A DNA stretch of 32,000 nucleotides from Planctopirus limnophila DSM 3776. GTDB lineage: Bacteria; Planctomycetota; Planctomycetia; Planctomycetales; Planctomycetaceae. The notes under the pieces were generated by a model. It saw nothing but the letters and a program-made list of their open reading frames with translations. It was not told the origin of the DNA and did not search any database. A program made the position numbers and the translations under genes. Shown here piece by piece: positions 17,076 to 25,651 of this stretch (positions are counted from its first letter, which is position 1; every line of letters starts with the position of its first letter). The stretch is from NCBI RefSeq assembly GCF_000092105.1, contig NC_014148.1:480001-512000 (forward strand), written 5' to 3'.

Positions 17076-18494
17076 ATGATTGAGAGTGTCCCTATGACTC
17101 GGAAACTCCTCACAAGTGCGACTCGCCCACTATCGTGCGGGCTCCCTGCGATGCTCATCGATCACCTGAAGAGCCATCGTCTGCTGCCACGTCGTCTGAT
17201 TCTGGGTGGCCTGATGCTGGCAGCTGCCGGTTCGACAGGTTGTACCACTCAGCGGGCTGTCACAGCCATGCGGCAGATTTCTGAGCCTCCCGCCTATCTG
17301 ATCATCGTGAATGACGAAATCACGGTTCGAGGACAATCGCCCGACGATTCCGGCAACATGGCAGGTCGGGTCAAGCTAGGTTCGAAATCAGCGAATGGCC
17401 GACAGGTTCAAACCGTCAGTCATACTCCGGCTATCGAAGCACTTCCCGTGGGGATGAAGATCGAAGTTTGTCCTCCCGATCGACGAGTTGTCGCCGGTTG
17501 TCCTGATCCCAAAATCTGCCCACCACCGTTTGCACCTGGCTTTACCATGGCCGAGTGCTACCTGATGGAATGCAAAAAACGTTATCCCGACGAATACATT
17601 TGTGATGGTGGAGATCGCGGTCTGCCGGTGCATTACGACTCTGTGGGTATTCAAGGTCTTGAAACTGAAGACACTGTGGCTGAATTCGTCGATCACACAG
17701 GCAAAGAGCGAGTCAAGCCCTCAAGCCGCGTATGTGTGTATGCACCTCGATTTGCCGCCGTTCGTTCTGTCAGCGTCCCTGCCGTCGGTGAAGCGGTGAG
17801 CGAGCTGGCGAATGTTGCCGGCTCGACAGGCGATCGCAGTATGCGAGCTCAGACCAAAATCGATCAATCGGCCCAGCAGACTCCGACCGGTGGCTTGAGA
17901 ATGCGTTCGCGCTCCAGTGGTTTGGAATCAACCTCTGGCCAGGGAGATTTTGCTTCGATTACCCGGCTCGCCGCTCATGAAAAGCTGGTCAATCTTTTCC
18001 AGGACATTGGCTTTCTGCGAACAGGTTTGATGGAAGTGGATGACGTGGCTGCTATTCAGCAGGGGATGCAGGCTTCGATGGCCTGGAGCCGAGAGCAGTC
18101 GCCGATCATTGCTGCCAAACTCGATGTGCCGATTGAAGGCCGCAGTGATGTGCATGCTGCTGTGATCACCTTGATCGATGATGCCAAAAACAACGAACCC
18201 GGTGAACTTCGTGTGGTCAAGCTGGCCGACAAGCAGGATGCCGTCAGTGGTGATGTGATTGAATTCGTCATTCGCTTCGACAACCTTGGCCCTAATGCGG
18301 TCTCAGGAGTGCGGCTGATTGATAACCTCACGCCACGATTGTCATACATTCCTGACAGTGCTACCTGCACGTTGCCAGGCCAGCTGGTGGTCACACCCAA
18401 TGGCGTAGGGAGTGAGATCCTGATCTGGGAACTCGAAAACTCTCTCGAAGCCCGTAAAGGTGGCGTCATCACCTTCAAGGCCCGCGTCCGGTAA
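17076..18494 (+). CDS. Lipoprotein with a Cys-rich module and a C-terminal DUF11 (conserved repeat) domain
   Basis: Lipobox LMLAAAGSTGC|T. Six Cys lie in residues 132-176. The C-terminus SGDVIEFVIRFDNLGPNAVSGVRLIDNLTPRLSYIPDS...WELE...GGVITFKARV is a typical DUF11 pattern. Confidence 0.7.
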   Translation: MIESVPMTRKLLTSATRPLSCGLPAMLIDHLKSHRLLPRRLILGGLMLAAAGSTGCTTQRAVTAMRQISEPPAYLIIVNDEITVRGQSPDDSGNMAGRVKLGSKSANGRQVQTVSHTPAIEALPVGMKIEVCPPDRRVVAGCPDPKICPPPFAPGFTMAECYLMECKKRYPDEYICDGGDRGLPVHYDSVGIQGLETEDTVAEFVDHTGKERVKPSSRVCVYAPRFAAVRSVSVPAVGEAVSELANVAGSTGDRSMRAQTKIDQSAQQTPTGGLRMRSRSSGLESTSGQGDFASITRLAAHEKLVNLFQDIGFLRTGLMEVDDVAAIQQGMQASMAWSREQSPIIAAKLDVPIEGRSDVHAAVITLIDDAKNNEPGELRVVKLADKQDAVSGDVIEFVIRFDNLGPNAVSGVRLIDNLTPRLSYIPDSATCTLPGQLVVTPNGVGSEILIWELENSLEARKGGVITFKARVR

Positions 18495-18599
18495 AACCCT
18501 TGCCCGCGTCTTTGTGGGAGAGGTTGGCACGAAACGCCGGGTGAGGGTCTGACCGTTCGATGTGTATCAGTGATCAGGCTTCCGCAGGGGCGGCGATTG

Positions 18600-18740
18600 T
18601 TGGCCATTGGCCAGAAACGGGCGGGTGGCTGGGGTTGAGTCTTCGAACCCCCAGCGATCATCGGCACGATCTGGGGGTTCGCGAAGAGGCTCAACCCCAG
18701 CCACCCCATAGCAGGGATCGTAGTTAACTGTTGGAATCCG
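18600..18740 (-). repeat. Palindromic intergenic repeat, copy 3 (inverted orientation)
   Basis: The reverse complement aligns almost base for base with copy 2 across the core (18623-18717). It lies between convergent genes. The start of track ORF 18056..18709 (MGWLGLSLFANPQIV...) is an artefact of this element. Confidence 0.85.
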
Positions 18741-18813
18741 TATTAGATCATATGGCGATGAAGCCGGTTGTTAATAGAACGCCCAAATACGTTCTGACTC
18801 GCCCTCATCCCAG

Positions 18814-18839
18814 CCTTCTCCCGTCAGAACGGGAGAAGG
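18814..18839. other. Perfect 10-bp stem hairpin in the convergent gap
   Basis: CCTTCTCCCG-tcagaa-CGGGAGAAGG. It has no adjacent T-run on either strand, so it is not a canonical intrinsic terminator. Confidence 0.5.
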
Positions 18840-18926
18840 AGAAAAAGACTTTGAAGTCGTCCGATGGCGTGTCACACCGCAACGAATTGCGATCAATCGA
18901 GACGACCTCTTCGCCAGCCCCTGCCT

Positions 18927-21900
18927 CTACTTCTCCAGAACCTGACCTGCCTCGATAAACTTGCGGAAGTCGAACGTCCCCTGGCCGGCGTCATAGGCAG
19001 CTTCCAGTTTGGAACGATCGACCACAAACGCGCCGCGGAACTCAGGCTCGTACAAGTCGTTCAGTGGTGCTCCAATCCGGACGGCATTGCCATTCGCCGT
19101 ATCGTAAGTCGCCCGGAAGAACTTGCAGGTCAAAAACACCACAAACGTATTGCTTCGAGTCGTCCCATTCTGCGACATCTTCGCAATCAGACGTTCCCGG
19201 GTCATCGGATCGAGTGCGCCATTGCTATGGTCAGTATCTGAACCGACTTCGAAGAGTAGCCGTGTATTCTGATCCAATGGATCGACGCTGCGAATCCATG
19301 AAGGCAGTGCAGGATTCCCGGCTCCCACTGTCGGAGTGGCACTAAAGCTGCGGAATGGGCGACTTCCCGGCAAACCGGGTAATCCATACTGCTGGCCACT
19401 ATCTCCATACCATGGATCAGCTTCCGAGTAATCTCTGTTGAACAGAAACTCATTCCACCAGTTGAGACCATCGATCGTACTGAGTGGAGGTGCAGAAACA
19501 TTGGTGGTGAGATCGACATTCACCACGCGTTCGTCATCCAGCCATGCTGCCAGCACTTCGGGATGCCGGATCGTATTGGGATTCAGCTTGCCTGGTACTC
19601 GATTGATGGAGTTCATGGCGGTCTCATTGCTGAGATTTTTATTGACCCTTGAGGGGACTTCCAGAAGTTCGAGAACACGGTGCCAGCGGTTGTGGTTATT
19701 CCCCGCTGGAGGCGTGGTACTTACAGGAGACTGATACAACGGCGCCAGGAACTTGGCTCCCGCCGTTCGCGAATACTCGATGAAATCGATCGCTCCATCG
19801 TTGTTTGAATCGTATTGCTCTTCGAGGTTCTGCTGACCGGCGGCATAGCTCTTTCGTGTATCGACCAGTCGTAACGTCAAATGCTTCGGACCAAACAACG
19901 GGATCAAAAACAGCTCACCCATATTCGCCAGATCGCGGTCAAAATGCCTTTGCAGTGCTGTCCATGTCACCAGCGCACCAGGGTTGGCTGCTCCAATCGA
20001 GTTGACATAAGGATCGAGTGGCGCTGTTTCGGTACCATCAGGCGGAGTTGGTGGTGTGCCATCCGGATGTTGAGTCAGGCTGGCAGCAGTTGCGTCGAGT
20101 GGCTGGTTTCGCTCAAAGGACCGCAGCTTATTGAGTTCTGTATCAATATTCGGATAAGCCGTCGATGGTTGAAGATCGAACTCTCGCAATCCAGTCACTC
20201 GCAATCGATCGACTTCCACCCATTCGTTGTCAGTCGCTGCCGTCGCATCAGCGGGACGGGTTCGCCCCAGGTACTGTCGGCGGTACAAAATCACATCCAG
20301 TGGGTCGTTGGCATTGGTAATCATGCTGTCTTCGAGAAGCCGGATACCAGCGGTCACAGCTCCGTATTCGTTGGCATCTCCTGCCATGAGCCGGTGCGTG
20401 GTGCCGTTTGTTGATTCCCGCCTGACGACATCGAGATCAAGCACTCCGTTTCGAGGTGCAATCCAGGTTCGATTGATCGTGAAATCTGGTGTCCCGCTTG
20501 TCCATTCAAAATCGACCTTCATCACACTTTGCATATCGGTCGGCTGTGCAGAAGCGCCCACGTCAAAGCTCGTTCCGCCAATCGTATACCGGCCATTCGG
20601 AGCAATCGTCCCCAGTTGCATTGTGAGTGCTCTGGCTTTGGAAAGGTCGGGTAACGTCATAGCGATGCGAGGCTGGACGACAATCTGGTAGTCACCATTA
20701 GTAAAGTCAATGTTATCCGGACCGGTGTTTGCCAATTCGACATACATCAGATATTGATCAGTCGTATCATCCCACTGAGTGGCCTGATGATCGACAGGGA
20801 CCATTGAGGCGTCTTCAACTTGATTGGCTTTAATGGCCAGCACTTCGTTAATCGCCAGACGCTGCCGCTCAATCCCATAAACCTGAGCATAGGTTGAACT
20901 GCCAGAAACTGTCGCAGAAGTGGGCAGGTTGGCATCGTCGACGTTCCAGCCATCAGAAAGGTCGATGTCGTAGACAAAGCGGGTAATCACTTCATCGCGA
21001 TCCATGGCATCGACATAGTTGACGGCAAACTGCGCCATCTCCCGGAGTTGATCCGGCGAATAAAGTGCAGAGGCCGGCTGGGTGGCCGCATTGAGGTTGT
21101 CGGCTGCTCCACCAAACAAATAGAGCAGGACATAGACATCGCGAGCCAGTCGCTGTCGATCCAGCCGCGCTTGCCGCTCTTGAGTGCTTGTCGCGATATT
21201 CGCGCCGGCATTCACTTCATGCTGCACCAATGGGCGGACTGTCGGGCTGGCTGCTGTGCCATCAATCACACTGTTGAGTGGAATGCGGCGGTGGATGCGT
21301 GCTGTGTTGTTATCATTTTCGATGATCTCCAACCACTTCCGCACAGGGCCACGCAAGGGATCTGCTGCTGAATAGGGCGCCACAGCACCGAACTGGGGAG
21401 GAAACACAAATCGTCCACCACTGGCTGTGTATTCCCAGGCTCGACTGATGCTTCGTGGCCACGAGAACTGCTTACGATCCGAGCTCACTGTCGTCAGCTT
21501 CGTGCGAATATCATCGGCACGAGTGCTGTTGCCTGTATTGAGATTGAAAGGGGCCAGATCAGTCAGTCGGGTTGCAACATTATATTCCGTGGCTTTTGCC
21601 TGACGCATCTGCAGGACGGCACTATCAAAAGCATCGAACAGGCTGTCATTCAGATCGGGAGTGTCGCGATAGTAGGCGGTTTCGTAAGGATCATCACCCA
21701 ACGTAAAGACACCGGCCAAGCGAGGTGCATTCGTGGTATTCCATTTCACGAAGGAATTCGTGTCCTGCCCGACCATCCGGCTGAAGCGGAACTGGTTGTT
21801 GAAGAAATCCAGATTTTTCACGTTCGTTGATAAGACATAAGATCCAACACCCATGAAATCGAGCGGCCACGCAAATGTCGAATTCAGTACGTTCGCAGCG

Positions 21901-23726
21901 ACTGGATATGGCCACGAGGTTGGATAGCCTGTGCCACCATTGGCAGAATCATTGTTATCATCACTGTTCGTCAGTCCTGCCCTAGGGAGTACAGTTCCAG
22001 TACCGGTCGCAACGCTTTGCAGCAGCGATTGCTCTCCATGGCGACCTGGATAAAGTGTCTCTATAACTGAAGGGGCACTGAACTTTACCCTGCCTAAGAG
22101 GATCATCGCCAATTCCATATTCGAAGCTTCCTTCCAGGTATTGACGATCGATGTAATGGGTGGATTTGTCGTCGGCCCAGGGTAACTCGCAGGCTGTGCA
22201 CCGAACATCTGAGAGTAAGGTGACCAATCGACACCACCTGCCACATCAGCAGTTCCCGGGCGGGAGTTGAAGACCCAGGACGGGTTCACTTCGGCAGGCC
22301 CTAAGCCTTGATTGGATCGCGAAAAGAATTCGAGCGAAGCCGCTGCACCGAGAACTCCTGCAGGTACTGCTCCCGTGGCACCATTGGGATTCGTCCCCAG
22401 TGCAGGCACTCCCAATGCCTGATTCAAAGCGAGATTTCCATGGGCATTCAGGTTGATCAGACTGTCCAGATCATAGATCGTGGCGGAAAAGAGGGGCACG
22501 AATGGGTTGCCATTAGCATCTTCCTGGACAGGATAATCGAGGTCGAGCCAGATCCCTTCTGGAATACCGTCGAGGTCATTATCAATGTCATATTCATAAG
22601 TGGCAGCATCGGTGAGGAACGTACCGGAAGAAGTCGCGATTCGTTCCCAGATGCCCTGACGACCGGTCTTAAATACTGGGACAGATGTCGTGTAGCTTTC
22701 ATCCATCGGCTGCATGGGGAACCCCTGCGTCATCGGCGGATTCAGTGATGGACTCGCCGCCTCAGCATTTGTCAGGAAGCGACTGACGGCAGAAGAACCC
22801 TGCACCTGGACTCGATGATCAGGGTGCGGCCTCAAGGAGCGGCTACCCCATCCGTTATAGTCATACCAGCGCTGACCAGCAGGATCTGTCGCCAATAATG
22901 GATCGTTCGTACCAGGCCTTCGCATGTACTGAGGTCTGTGATAAGAAGGCACGATGACCGGGACAGACAATGCTGGATTGGTCGGGTGTGGTATATATCC
23001 CCGATAAGCCAGGAATGCGGTATTGATATCAGGGGCTGTGTAATCTCCACCACGGCGGGGAAGGAGCAGTGGATCGGCACTTCGCCAGTTATTGGCAGCC
23101 GGTGAGACGTTCAGTGACAGCGGGTTGTATTCGGTTTGCCCGGCAGTGATGGTCGAAACGGTCGCTCCGGTGGAAACATTGATGCGGTCTCCAGTTCCTG
23201 CGAGGAGGTTAAAATTACTGACACGGACAGGAGCCGCCACATCGGCAATCAGATAGTTATCAATGGCCAGAGTGCCGGCATTCCACGACATACGCATCGA
23301 TCCGCCATCAAACGGATGCCGGTCGGGATACTGGTAAACGACACGACCTGTCCCGGCTGAATCAACGCGTTGCACATTCCCCATGGCGTTGGTCACCATC
23401 GAATGAGTGCTCGACCATAACGCACTGCTGCGATACTCGGGCCGGGTGCCAACGACGATCTGTTCCAAAGCGAAGTCGAATAGAACTTCGCCAGTCAGTC
23501 CCAGTTCCTGGGGAGCTTTAGCCGCTTCCGAAAAATATTCGGCATTACTTTGCTCCTGCCGGGCGAAGGTGAAAAAGATCACCCCCAGGATCGAGAGCAA
23601 TCCCAGCAGCACAAGAACGATCAGCAATGTCGATCCGCGGCGAGGATGTGCGATGGTTGCTGGCTTTCGATCTTTGCCAAGCTGAACAACCTGCTGAGCC
23701 GATTTTGCATGAATCATGTTTTTCAT
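18927..23726 (-). CDS. Giant (about 1599 aa) GspK-like minor pseudopilin
   Basis: ORF extends to 23762. The best start is ATG 23726, with AGGAGA at 23733-23738. RRG|STLLIVLVLLGLLSILGVIFF is a pilin-type helix without Glu+5, which is the GspK hallmark. IYDLDSLINLNAHGN (22428-22475) and RVPGKLNPNTIRHPEVLAAWL (19542-19601) resemble T2SSK-family motifs. It is the last gene in the F-G-H-I-J-K order. Confidence 0.75.
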   Translation of the reverse strand: MKNMIHAKSAQQVVQLGKDRKPATIAHPRRGSTLLIVLVLLGLLSILGVIFFTFARQEQSNAEYFSEAAKAPQELGLTGEVLFDFALEQIVVGTRPEYRSSALWSSTHSMVTNAMGNVQRVDSAGTGRVVYQYPDRHPFDGGSMRMSWNAGTLAIDNYLIADVAAPVRVSNFNLLAGTGDRINVSTGATVSTITAGQTEYNPLSLNVSPAANNWRSADPLLLPRRGGDYTAPDINTAFLAYRGYIPHPTNPALSVPVIVPSYHRPQYMRRPGTNDPLLATDPAGQRWYDYNGWGSRSLRPHPDHRVQVQGSSAVSRFLTNAEAASPSLNPPMTQGFPMQPMDESYTTSVPVFKTGRQGIWERIATSSGTFLTDAATYEYDIDNDLDGIPEGIWLDLDYPVQEDANGNPFVPLFSATIYDLDSLINLNAHGNLALNQALGVPALGTNPNGATGAVPAGVLGAAASLEFFSRSNQGLGPAEVNPSWVFNSRPGTADVAGGVDWSPYSQMFGAQPASYPGPTTNPPITSIVNTWKEASNMELAMILLGRVKFSAPSVIETLYPGRHGEQSLLQSVATGTGTVLPRAGLTNSDDNNDSANGGTGYPTSWPYPVAANVLNSTFAWPLDFMGVGSYVLSTNVKNLDFFNNQFRFSRMVGQDTNSFVKWNTTNAPRLAGVFTLGDDPYETAYYRDTPDLNDSLFDAFDSAVLQMRQAKATEYNVATRLTDLAPFNLNTGNSTRADDIRTKLTTVSSDRKQFSWPRSISRAWEYTASGGRFVFPPQFGAVAPYSAADPLRGPVRKWLEIIENDNNTARIHRRIPLNSVIDGTAASPTVRPLVQHEVNAGANIATSTQERQARLDRQRLARDVYVLLYLFGGAADNLNAATQPASALYSPDQLREMAQFAVNYVDAMDRDEVITRFVYDIDLSDGWNVDDANLPTSATVSGSSTYAQVYGIERQRLAINEVLAIKANQVEDASMVPVDHQATQWDDTTDQYLMYVELANTGPDNIDFTNGDYQIVVQPRIAMTLPDLSKARALTMQLGTIAPNGRYTIGGTSFDVGASAQPTDMQSVMKVDFEWTSGTPDFTINRTWIAPRNGVLDLDVVRRESTNGTTHRLMAGDANEYGAVTAGIRLLEDSMITNANDPLDVILYRRQYLGRTRPADATAATDNEWVEVDRLRVTGLREFDLQPSTAYPNIDTELNKLRSFERNQPLDATAASLTQHPDGTPPTPPDGTETAPLDPYVNSIGAANPGALVTWTALQRHFDRDLANMGELFLIPLFGPKHLTLRLVDTRKSYAAGQQNLEEQYDSNNDGAIDFIEYSRTAGAKFLAPLYQSPVSTTPPAGNNHNRWHRVLELLEVPSRVNKNLSNETAMNSINRVPGKLNPNTIRHPEVLAAWLDDERVVNVDLTTNVSAPPLSTIDGLNWWNEFLFNRDYSEADPWYGDSGQQYGLPGLPGSRPFRSFSATPTVGAGNPALPSWIRSVDPLDQNTRLLFEVGSDTDHSNGALDPMTRERLIAKMSQNGTTRSNTFVVFLTCKFFRATYDTANGNAVRIGAPLNDLYEPEFRGAFVVDRSKLEAAYDAGQGTFDFRKFIEAGQVLEK

Positions 23727-23950
23727 AATGTTCTCTCCTGCCAGAATTGGCAGCGGCATCAATCAAGATGCCCATCGACGGTGCTCGAACACTTCGTTCA
23801 CGAGTTGCTTCGGCCCGCAATCTCGAATGGTATCGATCAATATTTCTGCTAGATATTGTTGATCAAGCCAACCCCAGTTGCGTGCACTCGATATTTGTTA
23901 ACGAGATTCGAATAGCACTGCAGGTCGCGGATATCTGAATTTTTTTATGG

Positions 23951-25651
23951 TTAAGGAGTCAGGTCACATTGCATGGTGACTGTTCGTAGTTGCTGGGATG
24001 TCGGGTCTAAAAATCGAACCGTGATCTGTATTAAGCGAATTGGGCGACGGTTATCGACAGGAGTCCATTCGACCAATCCATCATTGATCGGAGTTCCATA
24101 GACGATGGGTAGTGTCAGTGGAATAGCGGCTCCAGCGGCATTGTTCGTCCCGGCACTGGCTCCTGAGCGAACGAAGAAGACAGGATCGCCGGGAATGCTG
24201 GAGACACCCCCGGACAGTGCAGGCAATACAGCGCCTGCCGTCGTTCCCGGAGTAAATCGCGGCAATTCGAAGGCGGACGCTGTCGCAGCCGCAATGTAGC
24301 GTCTGGGAAGCAGGGGAGGATTTTCAGCCGGATCTGACGTGATGGTCGCCAGTCGAACATCCTTTGCCCAGGTATCAAAAACATTGTTTCCACTTGGTCC
24401 ATCAGGCCCAAAATCAATATTCAGGCGACGATCCGGATTTCCGGTGACTGCAGGATTGGTGCTATAGAGCACACTTCCTGGACCGCCGATATCAACAAAG
24501 GCTCCTAAACCTCCATTGGCAAAGTCATCCCAGACTTTCACGTCGAATGAAACCACATTCGCCAATAATAGATCTTCACCGCGCCGACTGCCATTCGCGG
24601 AATTGTGCTGGAGTGGATCCACAACTCCCGTGGCGGCATCAACCGTCAGGCCCGCCGTGGCCTGATTCATGGGGCTCGGCGTTGCTGTAAATGGATATTG
24701 AAAAGCGACATTCGAGGTTTCTTCCATCGTGTAGCGACCAAAAAACACACCGGATAGAAACTCACGCGGTTTACCGGCATCAGCCGTTCCATCGGCGAAT
24801 TCGAAACCAAAGCGGCTGGTTGGAAGTTGCAGATCAGCCAGAGTATTAAATCTGACCCCATTGATAAACGGCGGTGGCATGGTCTGGTTGAAGGTTCGAG
24901 AACTGATTGGGCGTGCCGAAAAATCAAAGTCCTTCCAGAATGTCGAAGTAGCAGATGGTGTATATCTGGTGGTGGCTCCTGATGTGGAATCGAACAGCGT
25001 GTTCGTGGTATTGCCGTCTTCATGAGGCTCAATTTCGGCAGTTGAATCGGCGGGCTGACGAACCAGCATGACACGTCGATAAAGAGCCCCTGGCCGACCG
25101 GTGGTGCCGCGCCGCATAAACAGCGAAATCTCGGCTGTCGAACTGAGTGACGAGAGGTTACCCAGGTCGCCATCATCATAATCGGGTTGATTCAGACTGT
25201 TGCCCACCTGCAGCGCACGCCCGGAGTAGCTGTCCGTGTCGGCTAAAGAGTTAATCGTCGCAGTGATCTTGCCCGTGAACTCCAGCACATCATCAGTATC
25301 ATCGAACGGGTTGTTTTCCGAGATATAGAAGTAGCCGAGCATATCGCTCTCTTCTGTATTCACGGTATCTGTATATCCCGTGGGCCGGGCAGCCCAGGGC
25401 CAGACATAGCGATAGGTGCGGTTATTGAGGTCTTTGGTGATGATCGTCTGGATCGATCGCGCCCGCTGATCGTTCTCCATGATGCCGCGCTGGGTTGAGA
25501 CTGTCCCTGCAGCGATCTGAAAAACCTGCGCAAAGAGCGTCATCATCAACAGGACAAGTGCGACCGAAACCAGCATTTCGACCAGTGTAAAACCGGCGGA
25601 ATGCCCCTTTCGATGGCCTTGTAGTCTTGGTTGTTGAGTTAAAGAGTTCAT
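23951..25651 (-). CDS. GspJ/PilW-like pseudopilin, 566 aa
   Basis: Class III signal ...GHSAG|FTLVEMLVSVALVLLMMTLFAQVF with Glu+5. The start ATG directly abuts the upstream stop (TAA-ATG at 25649-25654). Confidence 0.7.
   Translation of the reverse strand: MNSLTQQPRLQGHRKGHSAGFTLVEMLVSVALVLLMMTLFAQVFQIAAGTVSTQRGIMENDQRARSIQTIITKDLNNRTYRYVWPWAARPTGYTDTVNTEESDMLGYFYISENNPFDDTDDVLEFTGKITATINSLADTDSYSGRALQVGNSLNQPDYDDGDLGNLSSLSSTAEISLFMRRGTTGRPGALYRRVMLVRQPADSTAEIEPHEDGNTTNTLFDSTSGATTRYTPSATSTFWKDFDFSARPISSRTFNQTMPPPFINGVRFNTLADLQLPTSRFGFEFADGTADAGKPREFLSGVFFGRYTMEETSNVAFQYPFTATPSPMNQATAGLTVDAATGVVDPLQHNSANGSRRGEDLLLANVVSFDVKVWDDFANGGLGAFVDIGGPGSVLYSTNPAVTGNPDRRLNIDFGPDGPSGNNVFDTWAKDVRLATITSDPAENPPLLPRRYIAAATASAFELPRFTPGTTAGAVLPALSGGVSSIPGDPVFFVRSGASAGTNNAAGAAIPLTLPIVYGTPINDGLVEWTPVDNRRPIRLIQITVRFLDPTSQQLRTVTMQCDLTP

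Noticed and set aside
2425-18717. Possibility that the three repeats form a CRISPR array or contain a tRNA-like T-arm (GGTTCGAAG)
   Set aside because: The copies are 5-11 kb apart, about 95 nt or longer, and in mixed orientation, so they are not a CRISPR array. No acceptor, D or anticodon arms surround the GTTCGAA motif, so no tRNA is present.
18731-18958. ORF 18731..18958 (75 aa) in the convergent gap
   Set aside because: It overlaps the end of repeat copy 3 and the 10-bp hairpin. The composition is low-complexity (Ser/Pro/Glu/Lys) and it has no RBS, so it is considered non-coding.
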